DNA of 60,633 nucleotides, filler included, from Platydemus manokwari (Eukaryota): NCBI GenBank assembly GCA_037951405.1. It is 6 parts of 6 records of this genome, joined end to end, with 100 filler letters (N's around TTAATTAATTAA, not from the genome) between each part and the next. Parts side by side here need not be neighbours in the genome. Positions count along the whole stretch, not along the records: positions 20,786 to 29,669 come from JBBMOY011334762.1; positions 29,770 to 39,293 come from JBBMOY011236875.1; 4 more parts are not named here. One strand, 5' to 3'. Shown piece by piece: positions 25,421 to 38,460 of this stretch (position 1 is its first letter; each line of letters starts with the position of its first letter). The notes under the pieces were generated by a model. It saw only the letters and a program-made list of their open reading frames with translations, ran no database searches and was not told where the DNA came from. The position numbers and the translations under genes were made by a program.

Positions 25421-25801
25421 CGTGATAAACAAGTAATAATTGTTACTTCTGGAGATAACTGCTGGTATAACTGTTAATAAGTTTGTTCTGTATTGATATT
25501 TTATCACTCCATTTGCAGTTATTTGATACCCTGCAGGTTTCATCTCATTATAGGTTTATATCTCTTCTTCATTTACTGAATATCCATTGGTCATGTTCTC
25601 TGCTTGATTCTTTAACATATTCCTTCTTATTCTCTTTAATTGACTATCTTTCATCTACATTTCTTTTGTATCTTGTTCAGTTGTTGGTTTATGAATGTTG
25701 CCGATGTTGGACTTATTTTTAATAATGATTTTTCTCCACCGTCCGGTATTCTCGATAGTGAATTTGCGTTTGCATTAGATTTCCTTGTTCTCTAAATTAT
25801 T

Positions 25802-27060
25802 TTAATATTTGATCAATCTGCTTGATGTATCTCTATTTTTCATAAGGCTTTCCAAGGGTTTGTGATCGGTTTTTAATATTATCCCCGTTCCACAGACATG
25901 TTGTCTAAAATCCTTTAATGGGAACATGATTGCTAAACATTCTCTCTCTATTATCGAATAATTCTTTTCCACTCCTTTTAAGGATCTGCTGCCATATGCA
26001 ATAACGTTATCTGATTTGCCTTCATCCTGTTGTCCTAGTACCGCTCCTTCGGTCATTATAATAAATGGTTTCTCTATATCTGGATATCTCAATATTGGTG
26101 CTTGTGTCAAATTCTTTTTTAATTTCTCAAGTGCTTGCTGTTGCGCTTCTTCCCATTTTAACTTCAATGCACTTTCTGACTTACTGTGTTTTCTTTTCTT
26201 ACTTCCTTTTCCTGGCTCAATGCCTTCTTCTTTATCTTTCCTATTTCTCACTTTCTTGTACTCTTCTACTACCATTTTCATTTATTGATAAATTGACATT
26301 GCTATTCGTGGGTAATTTTCCAGAAATGCTCTGTAATAGCCTGCCATTCCTAAGAATATTTCTGCGTTCTTGATTGTTTTTGTGACTGGAAAATTGGTGA
26401 TTTTTTCTACTTTTTACAGGATCTGATGATATTCATGGTGCTGATATCACATGTCCTAAAAATGATACTGAAGGTTTTATCCGTTTGTGTTTAGTTGATT
26501 TTACTTTTAATTCTGACTTTCTTAATCGAAAAAGTACTGGCTCTATATCAGTTATGTGTTCATCAAAGTTTTCAGAAAATACTAAGATATCGTCAATATA
26601 TACCATTGCATGTTATTTAGTCTTTGAAATGTGGCTGATGCACCTGTTAATTTAAATGTCATTTTCATGTATTCATACAATCCTTCTTCTAAGCAGAAAG
26701 TTGTTTTTTCTATGTCTCTTTCAGTGACTTTGACTTGATTATATCCTTTATTCAGACCTAATTTGGTGTAATACTTTGCTCCTTAACCCAAATGCTTCCA
26801 TATAACGAATTTGCTTTTCTGCCTCTTTTAATACCTTGTATGGCATTCTCCTTGATGGCACTTTTATTGGTGTATTATCAGTCATTTCTATTCTGTGCTA
26901 AATAACTCCTGTTGTCATCATTCTGTGACGCTCTTTTCTTATATCAGATTTATATTGTGGTTAAATCCAATTTTACTCCTGATAATTGTCTTAATAAATC
27001 CATTCCTATGAGGATATCGTTTAATTCTTCTGTCACTACCTTTAAGTCACGATCTATTAT
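25802..27060 (-). pseudogene. Protease C-end, reverse transcriptase and RNase H of element 2
   Basis: DILIGMDLL (retropepsin C-end); HRIEMTDNTPI; KTTFCLEEGLYEY; AMVYIDDILV (YIDD 26600-26589); APILRYPD..GAVLGQ..IAYGSRSL..KNYSIIERECLAI..TDHKPL. Confidence 0.9.
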
Positions 27061-27062
27061 TA

Positions 27063-28703
27063 TTAGCTGTAAGAATACCTTATTTTTATATATTGCTGGC
27101 ATTTCATTGGTACAATATTCGTGTTTTCTTATGAGCAAATTGTTTACCGTTTGGTATTGAAATGTGTATATGACTTCTGATACAACTCTTGCTAAGGTTC
27201 CTTTATCATAGAATATTAATGGAGCTATTAATTCCGGATTTCTTACCTCTAATGCCATTTTTGTTTGCAAAACTTACTTTCTCAGCTTACAATCGTTTAG
27301 CATCATTTCCGTATATATTCTTTCCATATCTCCTTGATTGAGATGATTAAAATAATTTTGTTGTAGAAATATTGAGATAATTTCATGTCTAGTTTATCCC
27401 ATGTTAATTTTGCATCCTTTATTTCATATTTGCTTAGATTTCTTTATTTGTTGTGCACATTTCTTAAATATTCCCTTACGCACAAATCTCTTTACATTGC
27501 TTGTCTTGTCTGCTATATAAACCAGTGGAGTTTCTTTCATTCTTATTTCCAATGTCTCTGTTGGATTATCTAAGATGATTCTTGAGAATTTAGTTTCCTT
27601 AAATTTTTTCTCTTTTATTTCTCGAAATTCTGCTTTCTTTAACAATCTTTATAGACACTTTTATGGATTGCTTTTATGCATTATTAATGATTATCCTGTA
27701 TTACGCGTTGCGTTTTTATATTGACAATGCGTCCATGTTGTCATTTTCTTAGATATAGCGTCGAATGTAGCTTGATATTCTCGTAATTCTGTTATACAAT
27801 GCCTATTTGCAACAACGTTGTTACTACTTTTCCATCTATCATGTAATCTTGTCCTTCACAATATCCCCCATTGCTAGACCATCCTGCTTGATTTACGGTG
27901 TATCTATTAATTCGACTTGGTGCAACAGTAACTAGTATTCCCTTTTGGATTTGATAAGTTCCTCTTTCAAATGTGGCTTTACAGCTTTCCACTGTTGGTA
28001 TTTCTGGTACTGGTAGTCATGCTGGAACTATTGTATGAACAATGAAATAGCATTTCCAGATATGCATTTTTGCATTCTCTTGCTTGTTTAAAGAGAAATT
28101 CGGATTCTTGATATACGTACATTTCCTTGGGTCTGGATTGTGTTATATTCACTGGATATGCCTCTGGGCATTATTCTATATCTAACAATGAGTATTTCTT
28201 TTCCCAACGTGGTTTACTGCAATTGTATGCAGTTATTCCTGCGTTGGTTCATCCTATTAAACTTATTACATACATGGCAAATAGTGTTTGCACTATTGTG
28301 GCTAATGTTGATCCTGTATTATGGCTTTGTTTTATTTTAACTGGCTTTCTAATATATTTTAATGTGGTGAATACTGCATTCCATCCTTCTTGCTCATTCA
28401 TTGCTTGTTCAAATTCTTTATATATTAATTCTGGTGCATCTTCTAAATTTATTATTCCTTAATCAATGTGATTGCTTAATGTTCTGAGCGTTACTGCAAC
28501 TTTTCCTGTAATTTATCTTCTTTATTTACTTCATGTACTATTCTCCTTACCTCTTCTTTATTGTCACACTATTGCATCTTCTTCATTGAATGTCTAATTG
28601 AATCTGTAAGAATATATATCTTATCAGCTTGTTCTCTTTCGTTTCATTTGAGTGTGCAAAGTAATTCATTTATCACTCTCAAATATTGTCGGATTTTGTC
28701 CAT
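27063..28703 (-). pseudogene. Bcl-2-like domain + signal helix + chuvirus-like glycoprotein of element 2
   Basis: MDKIRQYLRVINELL..YILTDSIRHSMKKM..HEVNKEDK/TGKVAVTL..AMNEQEGWNAVF..TLFAMYVISLIG*TNA GITAYNCSK..YSLLDIE*CP..MYVYQESEF..REC..ESCKATFERG..GYCEG, collinear with the element 1 ORF. Confidence 0.8.
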
Positions 28704-30526
28704 GTTATAGTTATGTATCTTTTCATTTTTAGATTCTTGTCGTTTGCTTGATATTGAATTGAATGTTTCTTATGTGCTCAAGTTACTAGTGCTTGGCATA
28801 TTATTCATAGCATTTTTCTGAAATATAGTTGGCTCATTAGCGATTCTTTGTGATCCTGTTAAACTTGGTTGTGGTATATTTTTTCGTACTGGAATATTTT
28901 TCAAAATGTTTGTTCATCCTAATGATCTTCCTCTTGGCTTTTTTGTTGATACATTTTTGTCTCTTCATCTCTACATTTGTTTGTTGTACAACATGCGTTT
29001 ATTGACTTTCACTTTGATTCAGTGATTATAGTGCTCATAGAGTTCTTATCATTATTATATCTTTCTTGACTCTCATCTCTTTGCCTATCTTGAATTTCCT
29101 CTACATTTACAATTTCTTCTTATTGTCGTGTTTGATTGCAATCTTCCTTATTATTCACCATGTTGTATCTTTCTTAAAATTAAGCACAGATTTCGAGTAT
29201 AAATATCGATGTAAAGATGGCCAACTGTAAGTTGGAAGCCAATTTTTGATTCCGTATTTTGAGGACATTATATTGAATTTTAGCGTCGTAATGAGTAGGA
29301 CGAGTTTGATTATATCTGTGTTTTTTTGTGAGTCATACTGATTAGTACGTGAATTAGAAATAAATATTACCACCTTGACTTTTGGAGTATTTAGCTATTC
29401 AGAATCAAGACCCAACAATTATTTGGTGAGGCCGAAATTGAACGAAATTAATTTTATGCATTTGGATAACCGGAATCTAGATAATCTGGTTTGGATTTGA
29501 AATCACCATAGGAATGCGATTTTGTAGTATTTCTCTATTTAATTGGCTACTATTTAATATAATTTCTGGTATATGTTTGCTTACTCGCATTTTAGCGATA
29601 TTTTTAAGTTTATTGCCATGAAGTAATAATTTTATTTTATTGTAAACCTATAATTCGGAAAATATATTANNNNNNNNNNNNNNNNNNNNNNNNNNNNNNN
29701 NNNNNNNNNNNNNTTAATTAATTAANNNNNNNNNNNNNNNNNNNNNNNNNNNNNNNNNNNNNNNNNNNNATAGATAATTTAATATCGTGACCATTCATTT
29801 TATTTTTAATGAATGATCTTAACTTACAAGCTAAGATATATTATAATTAAAAATAATTATCTATTTATTACAGTAAGTAGATTTCTTTATTAAATTTTTA
29901 TTTTATGTTAAATAAATTAAACAATTTAAAAATATAAAACTGGTATTATTTATTGTGACTACACATCACATATTTTTTTACATTTACTTTTGTTAGTGTG
30001 ACATCAGTCGGTTTTTGTATTTCTCTAATTTCGAATCAGAAAATTAGAAACTATAAATTAGTGATACCTGCATTATAGTCAAATATAATCAAATTATTAA
30101 TACCTGCTTTAAATGTGATAAGTCTGGTATCGTGTAAATCTCATCGATTTTTAATGTATTACATTAGAATAGTAGATAAAGGAATACAAATATTTAAGCA
30201 TATTATCAATATTATCCGAATAATAAGAGTGTTAAAATATCAAATAATGAGCAATGAATTCCTTGAAGTTAAATTTAATTAAACAATATCAAACTAAAAT
30301 GATCACTATAAATGACTGTTAGAGTATGCAGAAAAACAAAAGAAATTTTAAGAAAAATATAACAAAATATATTTTGAACAAAAGGATCAATGTCAATACA
30401 CTGTATTATCACTGAACATCTATAATGTGAATTATTTAACTTTATCATTCATTTTCATTCCGCACACAATGTTTCTAATTGGCCACTTTGTTGTATATAA
30501 TGTTGAGTATTAACTGGCATTATTCA

Positions 30527-30863
30527 ATGATGAAAGTCGCGATTATTCTCTGTTTAATAGTTGTGTTCTTCAATGGCCTCCAAGCAGTTGAAGAAATCGA
30601 TGCTGATGAAACCGAATCTGAAGAGCTGGCGATGAAAGCGATGGAAGATGGTACATTTGATTTATTCGTTAAATTTTAATTTATTTGTAGATTCTGAAGA
30701 TCATGAAAAGGTACAAGAAAAGATTTTCAGTAAATGTAAACCGAAATATGTGAGATGTCCAAAATATTTGAGATATCGGTGTAGACAATGCTATTTCAAA
30801 CGAAAACGCAGTTGGTTCTCTTGTCGAAGCGTCAAGAAATTGACCTGCGTTCAAGGATATTAA
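30527..30863 (+). CDS. Secreted prepro-peptide, 98 aa: signal + acidic pro-region + cationic 6-Cys mature peptide (antimicrobial/toxin-like). Exons 30527-30650 and 30691-30863
   Basis: TATATAA at 30494; MMKVAIILCLIVVFFNGLQA signal; 40-bp GT-AG intron; mature IFSKCKPKYVRCPKYLRYRCRQCYFKRKRSWFSCRSVKKLTCVQGY; downstream AATAAA; structure confirmed by the paralog at 38130. Confidence 0.88.
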
Positions 30864-33800
30864 ATGCTGTTAGAATCTTTTCATTTGGACAAAACAATTT
30901 AGCTTGTTTTATAATTAAAAATTTGTTTTAATTAATAAATATTTGAAGTTTTTATTTATTTACTAAAATTTGATAAAATCTGGAGAATCACTATAAAATA
31001 TTAATAGCTTGATATTAATGTGATTTATTTATAACATCTATTTATAACATCCATTATCTATATTCGTTATCTATTTTAAAATACAATTTCTTTGCACATA
31101 GCAAATTTAATGAAGTTTATTCTTCAAAGTTAAATTTGAACTCATCATTAAATTATTTTATGAAATGTATTAATCTGAATGACAGATATATTATTATTAG
31201 CTCAGAGGTTTTGAATGATTTTTGGTGATTTATATAAAATTGGAGGCAGGTTATGCCAATTATTAGAATTAGAAATTAAAATTTAAATATTTCAAACATA
31301 AGCGATCTAATACTAAGAATGTTTGAAAATAAATGGCTTTTTTATTATTTAATTAACAAAAGTAATTCGATTATGTCAAAAAACTTCATTTGTAAATTCA
31401 CCAATCAAATTATCAAATTATTTTTTTAATTAATTTGAATGATGTTTAAAGTATTCTCCATTTATAAATAAACAAAGATTCCAACTTTAATTTTCCATTT
31501 TATTTTTAAAAAAACATTGATAATAATAAGTATTATTATTATATTTATATCAGGAATGAATCAGTTGTCTTGGACTGGATAAATTAGTATTAAGAAACAT
31601 TTGAAAATAAAATGATTTTATCATATAAATGTGTATTTTATGAAGTTGATTTATTTAATATTGAATTCAAGATATTTAGGACTATAAGAATAGAAATGAA
31701 TATTTTCAGTAAGAAAATCTGTAAAATTGCAGTTATAATGAAGATAGATTTCTATGAAAGTGAAGTTTAAAAATTTAAATTGATATGCTAAATGTAGATT
31801 AAATTAATTTAATTAAGTGAAAATATTTGTTGAAATGATAAATTTAAAATGTGCTATATGTCTTCTTTCATGGCTTGTATAACACGTTATAATCTTTGGA
31901 GTGTAAATTACATTTCGTGTTGGTTTGTTACAGTTGTGACAAGTCATATTCCCTATTTTCCTTAATGGTACCTTTGGTTTAAGATTGACTTTTCGTTATG
32001 TTATTCAGTCAAATGATTTTAAGTTATCTCCCATCAGTTCAATTTATCAAAGATAATTTCGCCGGATTCTGTATTGGAAGGATCTTAACCAATCTTGAAG
32101 CAGTAAGCAGATTTCCAATGCTCTTCGCAATCTTGAATCATATTCCTTGATTTAACTTTGAACTGTCTCATATAAGATGATAGCTCTTTGATCTAATAAG
32201 GGAATTTCAATAGGAATTTTTATTCATTTGGCTGTTTTGGAAATATAAAAATACCGATTACAGCTTTTCATAAACTGTTCGATATCTGGTTTCTTTAGGA
32301 ACAAGACTGCTCAAAATTGTATCCATGTCCTTGCTCGTCATTTAAGTAGAAGTTACTTGACTTGAAATTGATGATTCAACAAAAGAATTACTTTCTTAAC
32401 TTTTTTTAATACCAACATATAAAAAAATTTTATTTTAAAACTTAATTATTTTAAATTACAATTAAAATGTTTTATTAAAATTATTATTTTAAATTATTAT
32501 TAATTATTTTAAATTTTCCTAACGATAGTGATAACCTTATAAGTCATTTGGTAATGTAGATTGTTATCAATAACGTCATTATTTTAATGAAAGACTTAAA
32601 GGAAAGAAAAAAAATTATCATAAAAGTTCATAAAAGTAAAAACTAATCAAAATATATATTTTTTCATCCACATATGTTTCATCTATATATTCGACTTATA
32701 ATTTTACAACTTCAACAAATATCAAATGAGATCATTAAGCTATAAATTTTATTTGTTATCCAATAACAAGCACAAAAATATGTTTTTTATAGCTTTTAAT
32801 TTGACATGTTTATGTTTTTAAATAATTTTATGTCAGCACTTACTTCTTTATTGTATCGACAAATATATCTATGAGAGTTTAATTTTATTATCTAATTCAT
32901 TTTTCTAGCAACTGATACCTTATTTTCAATGAGAACGAATTCATTTATTTTGAAAAGCAGAAATAATTTATATTTCTTTAGTATTAACTGATAGTATAAA
33001 AGTTGTTGTATTTTCAAGTCAATTAAACGAAATTTAATAAATAACTTTATGATAATTTCAATATTTTTGACCAATAAAATTCATTAAACTATATATAAAT
33101 AAAGAAATTGAAATTGAATTCTGATGACCAAAACGGTTCCATTTTACAATGTTTGAAACATACCCAATAATAGATGTGATATTACAGATGCTATCCTTAA
33201 ATATTAATAAAGCAGTAAACATAAAGTAATAGTGACACTCAAACTAATCACAAACATTGCGTGGTACATTTAAATGACTCATTAAATAGATGAGTTTACA
33301 ATGTCAATGTTCAGCAAATAACAAGGCTTATTGATTTGTATCTATTTGTTGACAAATCAATTGTATTGTTTATATTATATTGATGTATTTGTTTCAATTG
33401 TTGTACGATTTGACATTTTATATGGTGAACTTCTTCTTTATAGTGATCTTTGTAGTCAAAACATTTTTAAAAGTGGTTCAACATTAAGAATATCAAAAAG
33501 ATTAAAGTTGAAAACTATTTTATTTTGTAGATTTCCATAAAATTCTTTTAATTAACATTCTTCAAGGCTTATTGGTCATTATTGTTTATTTTTTATTTTA
33601 GCAGAATTAACTCAAGTGGATTATATTTTCCTATATTGTTGAGAATTAAGTTGTCGATAATGGAAGAAATACAAAATTTTTTTGAAATTTTATAATTCTT
33701 CTAAAATCAAAATGGGATTTACATTTAAATAAATATTAGGAGGCCGTAATATTAGGATATGAAACAATCAGTAGAATAGATTGTCGAGAAATATATTAAA

Positions 33801-36800
33801 ATGGATTATTTCAAGATTTTATAGAAAGCTATTATTTAAAGTTTCTTGAACTTCATAAAACGTTTTCACCAAAACTTTGTACTAAATAATATTGTTTTAT
33901 GTTATTTCATTCTTTAATTTGTACCTAAATAATTTTTACAAAAGACGAACTCAAATTTAAAAAATAAATAAATAAGAAATATTCATCAAATTATAATAAT
34001 GATGATCCAGTAATTATTTCTGATGTTCTTTCATTCTTTTCTATGATTAATAAGAGAAATATTTTATTTGTTGATTAATTCTTGTACATTTTCATTCTCA
34101 GACAAAACATTTTTTTGTTTTTAATTTTTAAAAGAGACATAATGCATTGTTATTATTGGCGACTGGATAATTATGTTAATATCTAGTGTTATGTAAGCCA
34201 GGCATTGTGATGATATTGAATTTTAGATTTTGATGAGATTGAGGAACTTGTCTGCGTGATTGTATTGTCTTCATATAAATGCTAAAAGTACTAAAATACG
34301 TATTCTAAGACGCAAATATTTCTCTTCTCAACATATATTCCTCCTTCTGAAGAGTCCACACATAAAAGCTTAACAATTGAAAGCAGTCCTCGCTTATTCC
34401 AAATTCCTTTACGATATATAACCAATCAATATAGATTAATTGAGCTAATATTCAAATTCAGTTTTCAATTACATTTACAAGCTATATTTAACCGCAGTGC
34501 CGAATTTCTTATCCAATATCTCTTGTCATTGTTGCATTAACGTGGCTAAATGAAAAAACACGTTGTATTTTCTTAAATAAGTGATTCACGGAATAGTTCT
34601 GTTTTTTTTAATAAACATTATGGTTGTAAATTTTAATGTCGTAACTGGCTACCAGTGCATTCAAATAAATGGAATTGCGGGGAATAAGCAAAAGAAGAAA
34701 CTATCGATGGCCTTCCCTAATTTGTTTTTCATTATCATATAGAATGCAATTTGGCTTTTCGAGTTGATAAATTCAAATATGTAACAGGGAAATGAAGCAA
34801 TCGATAGTGACTACTAGATACTTGTCTTTAAACCTAAATGGCAGAGTTCTATATAAAATGTGCTAAACATTTGTAAGACGAAACCCTTAGGTAATTTAGC
34901 CTCATACGTATTGTCGAACACCCTCAGCTCATCTCTAATTCTCCATTTCTGCTCCATTATATGGTTTCCTTTAGTAGGTAAATAGGGTCTCATCAATCCA
35001 TAAGTGTCCTTAATCGAAATCGTATTCTAACAGGATTGCCATTCATGTTTGAAATTGAGTCAATACTTCCAATGAATTCTTTTTGTAACCCTGAATTTCC
35101 TTACAATTACTCAAGCTGTACTGTAATTGTGGGACTTCCCTTGTGTTCTCACTCGTCACTGCGATATATGCCCTTAAATCTCACAACATATGTACTTCAG
35201 ATTCGTTAATAATCACGTTACTCCGCGTTTTGGTGCCTTCTTTAATAAACATTTCTTCATATTTGACGCTATTGGCTTTAGGTTCCGAATTCTGGTAATA
35301 TGTGGTTGTTTATAACTACTTGACTCATGGCCTTCTTTTTTGAACTGGTTTTCCTCCGACTACTCCTTCCAGTTGTTATAGCTTTAGCTGTTTAAAAAAT
35401 GGTATTGAATGCCTAGAAATCTCGTTGCAAACTTTTTTTCGAATCCCATAGACCTGCGCAGTATTAATAATTTCAATTATATCCAAGTTTGTTTTTGATT
35501 TATCTTTTAACCAATACAAGAGACTGGCCAATGCCAAACGTTGTGTGACAAATTTAAATTGTCCATCAATTAAGATCACAATAAAATTCTTCAATTAATT
35601 TCAGATTGTTGTGAGTTTTGACAATTTTTTGTATGCTTTAGCATTCTGTGATACTCTCAATTTTAGTTGAATATTATTTAATGATTTTTCAAAATCATAA
35701 AATAAAGAATAAATGAAAAAATTTCTAAATATTTTGTTATCATAAATGGGAAATGTATTGGTGATTATTTTATATGATCTTTTGTTGTTCAAAAGTTAAG
35801 AAATTATTATTTGAATAGAGCTTGACAAAAAGACAGTGAAAAATAAATTAAAAAGCCGTTGATTAAAAATAACGGAATTAGGATTACTATTAATATATAA
35901 AATATAAAACAGACGTAAATTGCTGCAATGAATATCAGAATAATTAAGTTTAAATCATCCTTTATGATTTAGAACTATTTTCAGAATAGGTTTTCAAGAT
36001 ATGTATTGCAATGGACCATTTTAAACTGCTTTATTGAAAACAATTATTTAATCTTCATAGAATTTAAAAACTTACTAAAATTATGTATCGAAAAAATACA
36101 CGATATTTGAGTGTTGCCTTTTTATATAGTTTCATTTAACAATTTTAAATTATAGATCCTTTAATGCCCTTGTAGCATTTTTTTTGAATTTACCAAAAAT
36201 TATCAAATATATAAAAGAATTTTAAAGAAAAGACGAAATCTAATTTGAAACTCAAAGAAGGAATAAACTCCAAATCAATTAATTTATTTATTATTGGTAA
36301 GTGACTGGAAGCTGTTATTAATATCTGACATTGTTAATGTCAGCTCTAGCAATGTCATCAAATAGCGTGTTTTGACAAGATGTTATGTTTCGTTAAATTT
36401 ATTGATTAGTATCGCGATAATAATATACCTAAAGTCTATCGATCAAAACAAACAATATCTGCAAAATTTGAAAACTTTTATACAAAGAATTTTATATGAA
36501 ATGAAATCTGTGATATTAACTTTTAGTTGTATCATATCTTTTCATTTAAAAATTTGAAATTAACGATCCATTGTGCTCTTTTACAATTTATTTTCAAAAT
36601 TATAAAACATTAAAAATTTAAAACGATTTTCTAAAAAATGTTAATTAAAATTTAAAAATCAGGCAAATCTTAAGCACCTGAGAATAGAAACTTAATCTGT
36701 ATTTAGTATGATTTTGCAAAAATATGAATTTTAAATATTACACAATATTGATTTTATTAGAAATTTTAAAACCAAAAAAAAATTATTTTTAAATTTCATT

Positions 36801-38129
36801 ATTTTTCAGAACAAATATTTTCAAATGTTGTTTTATTCTTCATTATTCTCATTAACATTAAAACCCTATGAACATTAAAATATTGTTTTTTTTTTCTTTG
36901 TGACACTTCATTTTAAAACAAAATATCTTATTGTTTAATTATAAACTATTGTTGATCAAAATTCTGTGTTATCGGTTGGTGACTGGAAGATATTGATAAA
37001 ATCTGACATTGTTTATGTCAACTCAAACATTACGATAATATTATTAAAACTCGAATTCCTTATCTTCGACGGCTTCTATCATATTTAGCTACTTCATAAT
37101 AAGTATCCTAAATATCAAAAATGATATTTCGGCCCCCTTTTTATGGAAACTCCTCTAAATGTTCACAAGCGTCCTATCAACATATTTGATAATTAATTTA
37201 ATAATTAGGAATGCGTATTTTTCATTTCGATAATCGGATTGTTAGATTACTGGTAAAAGTTATTTGTTGCACACTTTTGTGTGGCACACTATCAGACACT
37301 ACAAATAAGTTAAAATTAGAATTATAAAAATAGACAAACCTTAATTGTTAAATCATGTTGTCATTGGTGTTTCAAAACTTATTTGCATTTCCAGCATCTT
37401 AATTTTGGACTTTTTTATTATCAGGAAATTTCAATTAAATTACCGCATAGACATATTTTCGTGCTCTGTTTCCAATGTGTTAACTAAATATTAATCTACT
37501 TAAATTAAAATACATATATCTAGCTCCTGGAATGTTTGAAATTTCTTCAAATAATTTATCTTTTTACATAAATCTGAAATTTTTCAATAACGTTCCATTC
37601 TGCTTTCACTTTTAAAGAGGGAATTTTTTATTAATTTTCAACCAATTGCAATTTCAGAGAAAAATTTAACGAGCATTCTTGTTGCTAGGTGCTTCAATAT
37701 AAAAATTCAAAATAATTTTAATAAATATATTCAAATAAAGGCTATGGTCTTTTCTTAACTTTCACTATGTTCTCAAAATGATTTAATAAATTTTCTCTTT
37801 ATCAATTTACAGAATTTAAACCGGAATTTGTGATGATCTTTAAAATTTGCTAAACAATGTCTGACAAAAACGAGCATGATATGATATCAGAATGACTCAA
37901 TTGATTTATGAACTGAAAAACAATGCGAGAAGTTTATAAGAAAAAAGCAATATGTTGTAAACAATATAATTGATTCATAAACAAAGTAATGCAAATCAAA
38001 TCATTGTTTTTTTATTTAAGATTCATACTGTGAACGCATCTATTTTATGGGTCATTAAATTTTGTCACACAACGTTTGGCATTGGTTAGTCTCTTGTATA
38101 TAAGGTTGATTATTAGCCGACATAATTTA

Positions 38130-38460
38130 ATGATGAAAGTCGCTATTATTCTGTGTTTTCTGGTTGTGTTCTTCAATTGCCATGAAGCAGTTGACGAAAT
38201 GGATGCTGACTAGTCGGAATCTGAAGAACTGATGATGAAAGAAATGGAAGACGGTATATTTTATTTATCATTTGCAATTTTATTGATTTTTAGATTCTGA
38301 TGATCTTGACTAGCTTGAAGAAAAGTTTCTGGGTAAATGTAAATCGAAAGTTAAGAAATGTCCAAGGCTTTTGCGATATCGATGTAAAATATGCATCTTT
38401 AAGCGCAAAGGATTGTTTTGCAACAAGACCAAAAAAATCAAATGCATTCGAAGATATTGA
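38130..38460 (+). pseudogene. Paralog of the cationic 6-Cys peptide gene with two in-frame TAG stops. Exons 38130-38253 and 38294-38460
   Basis: MMKVAIILCFLVVFFNCHEAVDEMDAD*SESEELMMKEMEDDSDDLD*LEEKFLGKCKSKVKKCPRLLRYRCKICIFKRKGLFCNKTKKIKCIRRY*; same 40-bp intron position; similar promoter and 3' UTR. Confidence 0.85.

Larger units (their letters stand above)
23195..29669 (-). mobile_element. Decayed Ty3/Gypsy LTR retrotransposon (element 2): 5' LTR, PBS, Bcl-2-like, chuvirus-like glycoprotein, [deletion], PR, RT, RNase H, integrase
   Basis: On the minus strand the LTR ends ...gatacaaCA (29161) followed directly by TGGTGA. PR-RT-RH-IN order is Gypsy. Many stops and frameshifts. 3' boundary uncertain. 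Confidence 0.85.

Noticed and set aside
13082-29669. Elements 1 and 2 as arms of one large inverted-repeat element
   Set aside because: Similar only at the protein level, different composition, separated by a gap and Polinton debris.
31900-35375. Possible gag knuckle (CHNCNKP, ~31950 minus) and protease-like remnant (~35200 minus)
   Set aside because: Too degenerate to delimit or classify.
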